Assembly: GCA_024686335.1 (NCBI GenBank)
Contig: JAILCI010000018.1
Span: forward strand, 74,652 to 138,651
DNA from: Bacteroidales bacterium
GTDB taxonomy: Bacteria; Bacteroidota; Bacteroidia; Bacteroidales; WCHB1-69
Length of the DNA stretch: 64,000 nt
Direction of reading: 5' to 3'
The notes beneath the pieces are model-generated. The model made no database searches, had not been told where the DNA came from, and was given only the letters and a program-made list of their open reading frames with translations. Below, piece after piece: positions 35,941-45,637 of this stretch (positions within the stretch are counted from its first letter, which is position 1; the number at the start of each line of letters is the position of its first letter). The position numbers were made by a program, and so were the translations under genes.

Positions 35941-38151
35941 TTAGTTACCTACGTCTGAAATATATTTGATACGCATGATACGTATTTCCTCAAGAGTATA
36001 TTCATCGTCACCGAGAACCTCGAGTGCCAACTCAGCCGAATCAGACTCCGCATTGGCAAAATAGTCGAGGATATCCTCCTGATGATATTCGTCTATTTCC
36101 TCCTCAATATAATAGGAAATGTCGAGTTTGACTCCAGAAGCAACAATCTTCTCAATATCTGTGAGAAGTTCATCCATATCCAGACCTTTAGCTATGGCAA
36201 TATCCTCGAAGTCGACCTTACGATCAATACTCTCGATAATAAACACTTTAACAGCAGACTCTTTTGGTTTAGTCTTGAAGACGATATCCTGAGGTCGTTC
36301 TATCTCGTTTTCCTCGACATACTTTTTGATAAGGTCTACAAATCGGCGGCCATACTTCTGTGCTTTTCCGACACCCACTCCCGACACCTTCTGCATCTCG
36401 TTAAGGGTGATAGGATATTGAATACACATATCCTCCAAAGATGGATCTTGGAAAATTACGAACGGAGGAAGGTTTTCTTCTTGGGATATGCTTTTACGAA
36501 GATCTTTAAGCATGCCATAGAGCACCTTGTCAAAAGCCTCGTCGATACCACCTCCAACATTATCCATAATTTCATCATCCTCATCATCTTCACCTTTATC
36601 GGGCTTGGTTGTCATGATGTTATAGGGATTGGTGAGGTATTTCAAACCTTTCGGAGTAATCTTGAGCAAACCATAGTTCTCGATATCTTTAACCACCAAA
36701 CCTTCAAAAATAGCAAGGCGGATGATGTTAGACCAGAACTTCTCATCATAATCCATACCTTCACCAAACTGTTTCAGCTTGTCGTGCTTAAATTTCGTGA
36801 CAGAGGTGGTTTTATTGCCGACGATGATATCGATTATCTGATCCTCCTTAAACTGCTGTTTAACCGTCTGTATGACCTCTATAGCCAACATGATTTGGTC
36901 ATTAGCATTCATCTTAGGTTTCGGGTGATTACAGTTATCGCAATTATGACAATTTTCTTCTGTATATTCCTCACCAAAGTAGTGCAGCAAATGTTTACGG
37001 CGGCAATTTGTGGACTCAGCATAAGCAGCAGTTTCAGCCAGGAGCTGTTTCACAATTTCTTGCTCAGCCACAGACTTCTTGGTTGAGAATTTCTCCAGTT
37101 TACGAAGATCTTTATTATCATAGAAGGCGATGCAGATACCCTCACCGTCATCACGACCGGCACGCCCAGTTTCCTGGTAGTAACCTTCAAGACTTTTCGG
37201 CATATCATAGTGGATAACAAATCGGACATCCGGTTTGTCTATACCCATACCGAAAGCGATGGTAGCCACGATAACGTCAGCTTTCTCCATCAAAAAGTCA
37301 TCTTGGTTCTGAACACGTGTTTTACTATCCAATCCGGCATGATATGGTAAGGCGCGAATACCATTTTCGACCAGCATAGCAGCCAACTCCTCAACTTTAT
37401 TACGGCTGAGACAATACATGATTCCAGATTTTCCTGGATGCGCTTTTATGAATCTAACAATCTCCTTATCGACATCTTTCGTTTTCTCTCTAATCTCGTA
37501 ATAAAGATTCGGGCGGTTAAAGGAAGAGATGAACACGTCTGCCTTCTCCATGCCGAGGTTCTTCATAATGTCGCTTTGCACCTTTGGAGTAGCTGTAGCA
37601 GTTAAAGCGATAACGGGCACCTTCTGACCTATCTGATTGATGATTTCGCGAATACGACGATATTCCGGTCTGAAATCGTGACCCCATTCTGAAATACAAT
37701 GTGCTTCGTCAATAGCATAGAATGAGATCTGTATCTCTTGGAAGAGTTTTACGTTCTCCTCCTTAGTCAGGGATTCTGGAGCTACATAAAGGATTTTAGT
37801 TTTACCCTCCAGAAGATCCTGACGGACTTCAGTCATTTCAGCTTTAGTGAGAGATGAGTTAAGAAAATGAGCGACGCCAATCTCCACACTGAAGTTACGG
37901 ATGGCATCCACCTGGTTTTTCATTAGAGCGATAAGAGGAGAGATGACGATGGCGGTACCAGGCATCATCAATGCAGGCAACTGGTAACACATCGACTTTC
38001 CTCCACCCGTAGGCATAATGACGAAACAGTCCTTGCCCTTGAGCAACGCCTTGATAATCTTCTGCTGGTTTCCTTTGAACTTGTCAAAACCGAAAACCGT
38101 TTTCAGAGTCTGTTGTATCTCCTTGTCTGTATAAGTACTTTTCATAAGCAA
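35941..38151 (-). CDS. recQ: ATP-dependent DNA helicase RecQ
   Basis: 736 aa. It has FGFDKFKGNQQ, the Walker A motif MPTGGGKS and a DEAH box, plus a Zn-binding Cys cluster (CRRKHLLHYF...CHNCDNC) and a C-terminal HRDC-like region. Confidence 0.9.
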   Translation of the reverse strand: MLMKSTYTDKEIQQTLKTVFGFDKFKGNQQKIIKALLKGKDCFVIMPTGGGKSMCYQLPALMMPGTAIVISPLIALMKNQVDAIRNFSVEIGVAHFLNSSLTKAEMTEVRQDLLEGKTKILYVAPESLTKEENVKLFQEIQISFYAIDEAHCISEWGHDFRPEYRRIREIINQIGQKVPVIALTATATPKVQSDIMKNLGMEKADVFISSFNRPNLYYEIREKTKDVDKEIVRFIKAHPGKSGIMYCLSRNKVEELAAMLVENGIRALPYHAGLDSKTRVQNQDDFLMEKADVIVATIAFGMGIDKPDVRFVIHYDMPKSLEGYYQETGRAGRDDGEGICIAFYDNKDLRKLEKFSTKKSVAEQEIVKQLLAETAAYAESTNCRRKHLLHYFGEEYTEENCHNCDNCNHPKPKMNANDQIMLAIEVIQTVKQQFKEDQIIDIIVGNKTTSVTKFKHDKLKQFGEGMDYDEKFWSNIIRLAIFEGLVVKDIENYGLLKITPKGLKYLTNPYNIMTTKPDKGEDDEDDEIMDNVGGGIDEAFDKVLYGMLKDLRKSISQEENLPPFVIFQDPSLEDMCIQYPITLNEMQKVSGVGVGKAQKYGRRFVDLIKKYVEENEIERPQDIVFKTKPKESAVKVFIIESIDRKVDFEDIAIAKGLDMDELLTDIEKIVASGVKLDISYYIEEEIDEYHQEDILDYFANAESDSAELALEVLGDDEYTLEEIRIMRIKYISDVGN

Positions 38152-38205
38152 CCGGAACTTTGCTAAGGTTTGTTGATATGATTTGTATAATCGTGAATAG
38201 GATTA

Positions 38206-38213
38206 CAAAAATA
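38206..38213 (-). promoter_or_regulatory. Bacteroidota-type -7 promoter box for recQ and downstream genes
   Basis: The minus strand reads TATTTTTG preceded by T8, about 54 nt upstream of the ATG at 38151. Confidence 0.45.
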
Positions 38214-38265
38214 AAAAAAATTTAGAATATCAAGTGAAAAAGAACTTGAGTCTAAAAAAAATAAT

Positions 38266-39231
38266 TTAGTACTCGGTATCCTTTACAAGATAACGAGTTA
38301 CATAGGATTTGATACCATCTTCAAGTGAATAGAATGGCCGCTTGAAACCCTCAGAACGCATCTTAGACATACGTGCTTCAGTGAAATATTGGTATTTGTC
38401 ACGAATATCCAAAGGCATGTCTATATAGCTGATTGAGGGCTCTAATTTGAGAGCTCTAAAGGTAGCGGAGGCCAAGTCCTGAAAAGATCTGGCGCGACCA
38501 GTACCCAAATTGTAAATGCCGTTCTGTGGATGATGATTCATAAACCAATAGAGCACCCTGACGACATCTTTCACATAGACGAAGTCGCGAAGTTGCTGAC
38601 CGTCCTCAAAATCGGGTCGATGAGACCGAAACAGCTGCATAGAACCCGTCTCTTGAATCTTATGGAAGGTATGTAGAATTACCGATGCCATTCGGCCTTT
38701 ATGATACTCATTTGGGCCATATACATTGAAAAACTTGAAAGCATACCAATAGGGTGGCGTCTTTGCCTGTTTCTGAACCCACTTATCAATTTCATTTTTA
38801 GATTTTCCGTAAGGGTTCAGCGGTTGAAGGCGATACGAAAGAGCATCGTCATCCACATATCCCAGTTCACCGGCACCATAGGTGGCAGCAGAAGATGCAT
38901 AGATAAGAGGGATTCCATATTCTGAAGCATAGTACCACACTTTGCGCGTGTAGTCGACATTGAGTTCTTCAAATACGGAGTAATCGAATTCCGTAGTATC
39001 TGTGCGAGCACCAAGATGGATAATAAAATCCACCTCTCGGATATGCTTTTCTAACCATTGAAAGAAGTCATTGCGATGGATCTTATCCAAATACTGTTTT
39101 CCTTCCCAATTGCGTCGTTTGATTTCCTTGGTAAAATCATCGACCATCACGATATCGGTACGCCCCATCTCATTTAATTTGGCGACCATGCAACTTCCAA
39201 TAAAACCGGCAGCACCGGTAACGATAATCAT
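38266..39231 (-). CDS. hldD: ADP-L-glycero-D-manno-heptose 6-epimerase-like NAD-dependent epimerase
   Basis: 321 aa. MIIVTGAAGFIGS, ASSAATYG and the spacing of the YxxxK motif resemble E. coli HldD (RfaD) as I recall it. A generic SDR epimerase cannot be excluded. Confidence 0.65.
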   Translation of the reverse strand: MIIVTGAAGFIGSCMVAKLNEMGRTDIVMVDDFTKEIKRRNWEGKQYLDKIHRNDFFQWLEKHIREVDFIIHLGARTDTTEFDYSVFEELNVDYTRKVWYYASEYGIPLIYASSAATYGAGELGYVDDDALSYRLQPLNPYGKSKNEIDKWVQKQAKTPPYWYAFKFFNVYGPNEYHKGRMASVILHTFHKIQETGSMQLFRSHRPDFEDGQQLRDFVYVKDVVRVLYWFMNHHPQNGIYNLGTGRARSFQDLASATFRALKLEPSISYIDMPLDIRDKYQYFTEARMSKMRSEGFKRPFYSLEDGIKSYVTRYLVKDTEY

Positions 39232-39251
39232 AGGCTTGGCTTTTGTGTCTG

Positions 39252-39259
39252 CAAAAGTA
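39252..39259 (-). promoter_or_regulatory. Bacteroidota-type -7 promoter box for hldD
   Basis: The minus strand reads TACTTTTGC, about 20 nt upstream of the ATG at 39231. Confidence 0.5.
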
Positions 39260-39261
39260 AT

Positions 39262-39290
39262 AAAAAACGGACACCAAAAATGGTGTCCGT
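39262..39290 (-). terminator. Rho-independent terminator of the porP-gldKLMN operon
   Basis: A perfect 10-bp stem, ACGGACACCA (39267-39276) / TGGTGTCCGT (39281-39290), with a 4-nt loop. It is followed on the minus strand by a T tract (TTTTTTA). Confidence 0.85.
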
Positions 39291-39319
39291 ATTGAAAATT
39301 ATGAAAAAGTTAGATTTTA

Positions 39320-40264
39320 TTAAAATTCCCAGAGATCGCTCTCCATCGTACGCAATTCGTTGGTAATTCTTTCGGATTCGATACGTTGGTCTCTAGAATT
39401 GGAGATATAATCGGCAATCTCACGATCATACCAGTTAGCCTCTTTGTAAATAAGGCTGGAGAAATCGCGCTTCCATGTCAACAAATCGTCGAAAGAAAGG
39501 CGCTGAGCGTTGTTCTTTGCGTTGAAAACTTCTTGCTTAGCAAGGTAGGGTCTCAACTCGGGATAGTAGATGTAACCGATACGTCTTTTTGTCGGTTTAC
39601 CTTCTACTGCCTCGTCATCCTCGTTCTGATCTTCATCGAAGACATCTGTAGATGTGTTCGGACGAACATACTCCAGAATAGGTTCAAGTGTCATAATTTG
39701 ATACTTCAGGGTAGATGTCTGCTTGTCAAAGTACCATATCTCCTTAATGTTATAAGAGACAATCTGCTTTGGCTCGAAGTTAATATAAATATCCTTTGTA
39801 CCAATTTCCTCACCAGTATTCAAGTCGATATCAGCGATGCTGTAAGAGACGGAAAGGGTGCTGGCGATATCCTCACGCGGCGTGGGCATCAGGCACATAT
39901 CATCCGTATAGACGGGGAGTACACCCTCAGTTTTCTCAAGGTTATTCATATCCACCGCATCAAAGATGGTCTGTGCGAGACTCTTCCAAGTACCTCTTAC
40001 CTCAGTAGGAAAATAGAGTACATGGTTAACCTTCTCACGCAAGTCGATAGTTCTCCAGATGGTGTAATAATACATCACATCTGCTTGACGAATCGGGGCA
40101 TAGGGCACCGGATCGGAGAAATCACCCACATCAACCTGTTCCCAAGCATATTCAGCGGGAGCACGGTCGAGAGGTTGGTTCATAGTACTGCCGTCTTCAT
40201 CCTCTTGCGCGAAGGCAAAGGTAACGGCGAAAATACCTAATAACAAAAAACCTAACTTTTTCAT
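39320..40264 (-). CDS. gldN: T9SS / gliding-motility protein GldN (PorN)
   Basis: 314 aa with a signal peptide. The IWRTIDLREKVNHVLYFP motif is typical of GldN, and it is the last gene of the K-L-M-N series. Confidence 0.8.
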   Translation of the reverse strand: MKKLGFLLLGIFAVTFAFAQEDEDGSTMNQPLDRAPAEYAWEQVDVGDFSDPVPYAPIRQADVMYYYTIWRTIDLREKVNHVLYFPTEVRGTWKSLAQTIFDAVDMNNLEKTEGVLPVYTDDMCLMPTPREDIASTLSVSYSIADIDLNTGEEIGTKDIYINFEPKQIVSYNIKEIWYFDKQTSTLKYQIMTLEPILEYVRPNTSTDVFDEDQNEDDEAVEGKPTKRRIGYIYYPELRPYLAKQEVFNAKNNAQRLSFDDLLTWKRDFSSLIYKEANWYDREIADYISNSRDQRIESERITNELRTMESDLWEF

Positions 40265-40282
40265 AATTTGTATAATTTAAAT

Positions 40283-41932
40283 TTATCTTACACGAACTGA
40301 GAACTCATCCAATGTACGAGTACCAGCAGCAGAAGAAGCTTTAATGTTGGTGAAATAAATCACAGTGTTAGCAGGAGCCTTGCTGATTTTAGCCTTAACA
40401 GCCTCGGAGAGAGCACCGCCCTTAACAGAGATAGCCGGGTCTTCCATACCTTTGCTGACGAAGATCACTTGATAAGAGTTAATACTCCATCTTAACTCAT
40501 AAACGAAATCTTCGGGCATGATGGCACGGAGTACAGGGTTAGCGGTCAACTCAGATTTTGCACGCTTACCACCACGGATATTAGCACCCAAGACAGCCTT
40601 AGGATCCGGAACTTTCTTTACACGGAAAGCTGTGGAACCGAGAGTCTTTGTAGACTCACCCAGCTTAGCGGCTACAGATGCATTAACTGTCTTGCCAATC
40701 ATAGATGCAGGAACTGTCACATTGAATTTGCCAGCGCCTTGAGAAGATACGGAACAGCCAGGGAATGAGATGGAGAGTTTACCGGGATCCACAGGGGCGG
40801 AAACGGAAACAGGGTTCTCGATACCAGCATAAAGAACGTTCATCTTATCAGCTGCAATGGTAGCAGAAGGTTTCAAAACAGAATATTTATCTTTGAAACC
40901 ATAATATTTCGGTTGACCGGACGGGTCTTTAATCATGATAAGGCCAGCATAGCGCTGCTCTCCGATGGAACCAGCACCAATTTTCAACTTAACCATACCA
41001 TTCTCACCTTCAAGTTTAGTAGCACCTGCAAGACCTTCTTCAGTCAGAGTATCGGCACCCATCTTGTACCAAACCTCAGGGGTGGACTTGGTATCCCAAG
41101 CAGCCACGATGATGTCGGCTTCATAGCTGTCGCCTTGGAACACCATCTGAGATTTAGGAATGGCACGACCCTCAACGTGGTCAAACTTGAAGTCGTCAGC
41201 GCTAATAGACTCTTTCAGGTAGGTAAGCATGGCAGACTCAGCATTTCTAACTTCGCCGATCTGTTTGTTCAACAAGGTAACGGCAGCAGCAGAGATGATA
41301 TGGTCGAAGTTATGTACCTCCCAGTTGACTTTCTCACCAGTAAGAGATTTAACTTGCTGATCAACGTTCAGACCGATAATCTCAGAAATACGCTCCTGAT
41401 CTCCCTTCTTAACCAATTTGAGGAGGTTCTTCTTGTATTGAACGAGTTTCTCTTTCAATTGAACGGCACGGGAAGGATTCTGGGCAGGATCTTCAAGCAT
41501 GAAGAAGGTAGGCTTATCAAAGTTTTCCTTAGCTGTAATTGTTGCCACAGTCTTGGGAACTTTTTGGATTTTGCCTTTGTCGTCCTTCACTTCAGCGAGG
41601 GTGTCGCCATCAACGTAGAATATGAGGTCACGGGAAAGTTGCTCAAGATAGTTGACCATCTCATTGGTCTCTTTGCGAACTTTCTGTGCATTAGTATAAG
41701 CATCGTGTATCTTAGCTTCACCCAGGATTACCTTCTGATTCTCAAACCAGGTGTAATCAGCGGCGTTCTGGCGTGTAGCATTACGAGTAGAAGTCACCAA
41801 AGTATCATCCACAACGATGAAAGCATTCAAAATGTCTGCAGACACGTTCAATGCCAACATTGCCGTGTAAACCAGATACATCATCTGAATCATTTTCTGT
41901 CTCGGGGTCTCCGGACAATTTGTAGCACCCAT
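40283..41932 (-). CDS. gldM: T9SS / gliding-motility protein GldM (PorM)
   Basis: 549 aa. The N-terminus PRQKMIQMMYLVYTAMLALNVS is the GldM signature TM helix, followed by a long periplasmic region. Confidence 0.9.
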   Translation of the reverse strand: MGATNCPETPRQKMIQMMYLVYTAMLALNVSADILNAFIVVDDTLVTSTRNATRQNAADYTWFENQKVILGEAKIHDAYTNAQKVRKETNEMVNYLEQLSRDLIFYVDGDTLAEVKDDKGKIQKVPKTVATITAKENFDKPTFFMLEDPAQNPSRAVQLKEKLVQYKKNLLKLVKKGDQERISEIIGLNVDQQVKSLTGEKVNWEVHNFDHIISAAAVTLLNKQIGEVRNAESAMLTYLKESISADDFKFDHVEGRAIPKSQMVFQGDSYEADIIVAAWDTKSTPEVWYKMGADTLTEEGLAGATKLEGENGMVKLKIGAGSIGEQRYAGLIMIKDPSGQPKYYGFKDKYSVLKPSATIAADKMNVLYAGIENPVSVSAPVDPGKLSISFPGCSVSSQGAGKFNVTVPASMIGKTVNASVAAKLGESTKTLGSTAFRVKKVPDPKAVLGANIRGGKRAKSELTANPVLRAIMPEDFVYELRWSINSYQVIFVSKGMEDPAISVKGGALSEAVKAKISKAPANTVIYFTNIKASSAAGTRTLDEFSVRVR

Positions 41933-41987
41933 ATCTTATTTTAAAAGTATTAGTGAATAAAAATGATTATCAACCCAAGAGTACAGC

Positions 41988-42704
41988 TTATTTGCTAGGG
42001 GTTTGGCCCATAGCGGCAAGCATATTGCCATAAACTTTACTCAAGGCGGAGATGTTATTGGTCAATTTGTCCATTTCAGCCTTGTAGTTGGTAGTCTGTT
42101 CGTAAGCGGCAGCCATTTGGTTAACAGCAGTGGTAGCTTTCTTCAAGCTCTCCACATAAGCGGTGGATGCAGATGCGTCAGTCTCGAGAGAACTAGCGAT
42201 CTTATCATATTTCAGCGTCATATTGCGAACAGATTCAGCAGCCTTGGTTAGGTTACCTACAAAGGTATCGGAAGCAACGGTGGCGTCGGACATGCCGGCA
42301 AGCTTCTTAGCGTTGTCGCCGAGGTTTCTCATACCGGTGGCAAGACTCTCGATCAAATCGGGACCAATCTTTGCCTCTTCCAGCATCTTGTCGAGCTGCT
42401 GGGTCGGAGTTTCGCCAGAGATTTGTTTTTTCTTCTCTCTCTTGGTAGGCTCAACCTCTTCGCCGGTAGCCAACTCCGGATAGACCAATGCCCAGTTGAA
42501 CTCCATGTGAGGCGGTTCGAATGCTGAAAGGAAGAAGATGATAGACTCAGTAAACATACCGATCATCAACATGATGTTAGCACCCGGCCAGTGCAAAATT
42601 TTGAACAATGCACCTACAATGACGACGGCTGCACCCCAACCGTACAACTTTGCCATAAAGTTCTTGTAACCATTTGATCTAACTAATCTGTCAATAAAAT
42701 TCAT
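41988..42704 (-). CDS. gldL: T9SS / gliding-motility protein GldL (PorL)
   Basis: 238 aa. It has two N-terminal TM helices with YGWGAAVVIVGALFKILHW and FTESIIFFLSAFEP (conserved Glu), and a helical cytoplasmic tail. Confidence 0.9.
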   Translation of the reverse strand: MNFIDRLVRSNGYKNFMAKLYGWGAAVVIVGALFKILHWPGANIMLMIGMFTESIIFFLSAFEPPHMEFNWALVYPELATGEEVEPTKREKKKQISGETPTQQLDKMLEEAKIGPDLIESLATGMRNLGDNAKKLAGMSDATVASDTFVGNLTKAAESVRNMTLKYDKIASSLETDASASTAYVESLKKATTAVNQMAAAYEQTTNYKAEMDKLTNNISALSKVYGNMLAAMGQTPSK

Positions 42705-42755
42705 TGGTTTTAAATTTTAATAAAGTTAATGATTTAAGTGAATAAAAATAAATTT

Positions 42756-44189
42756 CTAGTAAACGTGAGAAGCGCTCTTGCTTGTGTTGTCGCCTCTCTG
42801 ACGGCCCATATAGGTTTGAACATTACGGAAACCAACGTAGGACTTACAGGTATCCTGATATTCAAAGGTACGGGCGTAAACGGTGGTGTAATAACTTACA
42901 TCCTTCCATGAACCACCGCGGATCACTTTTCTCTTCTTGGCAGGAGAGTCATCCTTCTTTGCATAATAAACATAGACAGGGTTCATGTCATGGGCGAAGT
43001 TCGTAGCGGACTTGTCGAATGCATCCTCACACCACTCAGCAACATTACCGGACATATCGAAGAGACCCCAATCATTAGGATAGTAGTGGGCCACGATGCT
43101 CGGATAGAAGTTGTCGTCAGCAATATAGTTACCTCTTTGAGGTTTGAAGTTGCTCAAGAAACAGCCATTTCTGTTGGAGGTATAGATACCACCCCAAGGA
43201 TAAGTAGCAAGTTCGTTACCTCCTCTGGCAGCCCATTCCCATTCAGCTTCTGTCGGAAGTCTGAACTCTTGCTCTTGAGCGTACTCTTTACCGGCAAGCC
43301 ATGCCATACGAAGATGAGTTCTCCAATAAGAGAAAGCCTTAGCTTGCTTCCAGCTAACACCCACTACAGGGTAATTGTCATATTGTGGGTTATCGAAGTA
43401 GTTCAAAACCATAGGCTCATTGTAGGAATAGACAAAATCATGCGCCCAGCACAAGGTGTCAGGGTAAATATTCACCACCTCGTGTCTGATAAAACGCTGA
43501 TAACCTGTTCCCATACTGCTCGGACGGTTTGCATACAGACCACCAAATTCGTTACCACCTTCCTTATCGAACTCTTTCGTAGCAGCACCGAACTGGTCTG
43601 GATCCTTAGAATCGCGGAAGTTACGATAGTCATACCACCAATATTCGTAATTGTACATGGAGGTATTTACCGTATTAGGTCTGTAATGATAGAAACGGGT
43701 ATTTACCTTGTTAAAAAGCGGACTGAGAGCGGATTGAACCTCTTCGTTCTCAGAATCCCAAGGAATCTCCTCTTTCCAGTTAATCAACTTAGGTTCCATG
43801 ATCTCGCCTTCGTTCTCACCACTTTTGTATTTCAGGTAATGGCCATATTTCTCCGCATCGGTGATCTCGGCCTCACCTAACAAAACGTGTGCGATGGAGT
43901 CGCGAACCCAATATACAAACTGACGATACTCGTTGTTAGTAATCTCGGTCTCATCCATCCAGAAGGCTTGAACAGTCACATTCTTAGATTGCTGGGTCAA
44001 AGCAAACGGCACGTCTTCATCGCCACCGCCCATCACATAGTGACCGGTCGGGACGTATACCATACCGAAAGGCTCCAAGTCCAGATAGTCGGGACGATCC
44101 TTAACTCCTACGAGCTGGCCGTCACCGCCATTCTTACAGGATGCGAAGACAACGAGCATCACTGCGATTAGAATAATTACCCTTTTCAT
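42756..44189 (-). CDS. gldK: T9SS / gliding-motility lipoprotein GldK (PorK), FGE-sulfatase (SUMF1) fold
   Basis: 477 aa with the lipobox FASC. It has FGMVYVPTGHYVMG and a C-terminal RGGSW...YVGFR motif of the SUMF1/FGE fold. Confidence 0.9.
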   Translation of the reverse strand: MKRVIILIAVMLVVFASCKNGGDGQLVGVKDRPDYLDLEPFGMVYVPTGHYVMGGGDEDVPFALTQQSKNVTVQAFWMDETEITNNEYRQFVYWVRDSIAHVLLGEAEITDAEKYGHYLKYKSGENEGEIMEPKLINWKEEIPWDSENEEVQSALSPLFNKVNTRFYHYRPNTVNTSMYNYEYWWYDYRNFRDSKDPDQFGAATKEFDKEGGNEFGGLYANRPSSMGTGYQRFIRHEVVNIYPDTLCWAHDFVYSYNEPMVLNYFDNPQYDNYPVVGVSWKQAKAFSYWRTHLRMAWLAGKEYAQEQEFRLPTEAEWEWAARGGNELATYPWGGIYTSNRNGCFLSNFKPQRGNYIADDNFYPSIVAHYYPNDWGLFDMSGNVAEWCEDAFDKSATNFAHDMNPVYVYYAKKDDSPAKKRKVIRGGSWKDVSYYTTVYARTFEYQDTCKSYVGFRNVQTYMGRQRGDNTSKSASHVY

Positions 44190-44243
44190 ATTTATGATTG
44201 TTTATGATTTCTATTAACGTGAAGTTGTTTATAAATATTGTGT

Positions 44244-45290
44244 TTAGTATCTATTTTTGTAAATGTAACGTGTATTACCATAACCGGAGAAGATCTCAGG
44301 TTTATAAATATCGAAGCAATAACGAACCATAACCTCGATATCACCGAAACCTCTATTCTTTCTATAACCTAAGGTATTGGTTGTGAAACCGTAAGCGATA
44401 CCAGCATCCAAACCTTTCAAATAGACATTTGATGAGTTATGGAATGGACGGGCACCGAACATAACGGAAACAGCATCCTGGAAACGATAGCTGAGACCAC
44501 CCCAAAAGATGCCATTGTAACGGGCCATTGCCATAATGTCGAACTGGAATGTTTTAAAGTCTGTCTTGACTAAAGCTTGTGGCATCAACTCCCAATTGGG
44601 ATTAGCTGGGACCACCCATGTATAGCCGCCATGAACATAAAGTTGCGGATTACGAGTGGAACCATGATCACCAGACAAACGCAAAACCTGATTTTTATCA
44701 AAAGCGCTGGCTATCTTTGTGACACCGATACCAGCGTACCAAATATCTGATTTATACAAAACACCGAAGTTGAAATCCAGATCCAGTGTTGACTCCTCTA
44801 ACTGTTCCAATGTGGGGTCTCCGCTTTCTGTAGGACGGAAACCATCGGCTTCTATTTTCTGATTGTAAAGGGCTATCTGAGCACCAATACCAAGATGCCC
44901 TCCACCAACGCGTAACTTGTAAGCATAACCCAACTTAACATCTACATTATTATAATAGCCAATACGATCACTAACTAAAGAAACACCTAAAGAACCATGT
45001 AATTTTTTGAGATACGACTCAATATTGAAGAGGAAGTCTTGTGGAGCCGTCTTATCTTTTTGTTCAACGCCTGAGTCATCGTAGTAAACGTCATTCCAAG
45101 CGGTATATTTACTTCCATAGAAAGCCGTGAAACAAAGTGTGTTATTCTGTTCACCTATGCCTCCAGCATTATAATAGGGAGTCGCCCACGGAAAAAGTGT
45201 AAATTGCACATCATCTTGTGCATAACTTTTCGCAGCAAACAACATTGTAAACAATGCCAATACACCGATTCTAATGGTTCGAATATTCAT
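44244..45290 (-). CDS. porP: T9SS outer-membrane protein PorP/SprF family
   Basis: 348 aa with a signal peptide. The N-terminal QDDVQFTLFPWATPYYNAGGIG resembles the PorP/SprF start. It has beta-barrel-like alternating sequence and lies immediately upstream of gldK. Confidence 0.8.
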   Translation of the reverse strand: MNIRTIRIGVLALFTMLFAAKSYAQDDVQFTLFPWATPYYNAGGIGEQNNTLCFTAFYGSKYTAWNDVYYDDSGVEQKDKTAPQDFLFNIESYLKKLHGSLGVSLVSDRIGYYNNVDVKLGYAYKLRVGGGHLGIGAQIALYNQKIEADGFRPTESGDPTLEQLEESTLDLDFNFGVLYKSDIWYAGIGVTKIASAFDKNQVLRLSGDHGSTRNPQLYVHGGYTWVVPANPNWELMPQALVKTDFKTFQFDIMAMARYNGIFWGGLSYRFQDAVSVMFGARPFHNSSNVYLKGLDAGIAYGFTTNTLGYRKNRGFGDIEVMVRYCFDIYKPEIFSGYGNTRYIYKNRY

Positions 45291-45441
45291 TCTAAGTTCA
45301 TTATAGTTAACAATACAACATCCTAAAGATCAGCATATTATATAACTTTCAGAATTTAAAATTTATCCCGTAGGAATACTTTTATACTACAATTCTTGAA
45401 AAAAGTTACACACTATGATTCACTTTTAGAATTTTAAGCGA

Positions 45442-45449
45442 CAAAAATA
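45442..45449 (-). promoter_or_regulatory. Bacteroidota-type -7 promoter box for porP-gldKLMN
   Basis: The minus strand reads TATTTTTG (context TTGTATTTTTGTCGC). It is the only such box in the 347-nt spacer and lies about 151 nt upstream of the porP ATG. Confidence 0.45.
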
Positions 45450-45637
45450 CAAGATTTTTTCTTGTAACAAACATTTTCTGGAAAAAAAATTCCATCCGAT
45501 TAATTTTTTATTGTAACTTGTTGACTATATGTATTTTAAAAAATATACTTAAAAAATGACTTTCATTATTTTTTTCTTGAGAAAACAAAATGTATCTCAA
45601 GATATGTAAACGAAAAAAAACGAGATTTTCTTGGGTT

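Noticed and set aside
36082-37086. 334-aa ORF on the plus strand
   Set aside because: It is antisense to recQ and has no motifs. It is a shadow ORF.
40913-41944. 343-aa ORF on the plus strand
   Set aside because: It is antisense to gldM. The same applies to 39386-40240 (antisense to gldN), 42990-43880 (antisense to gldK) and 42163-42483 (antisense to gldL).
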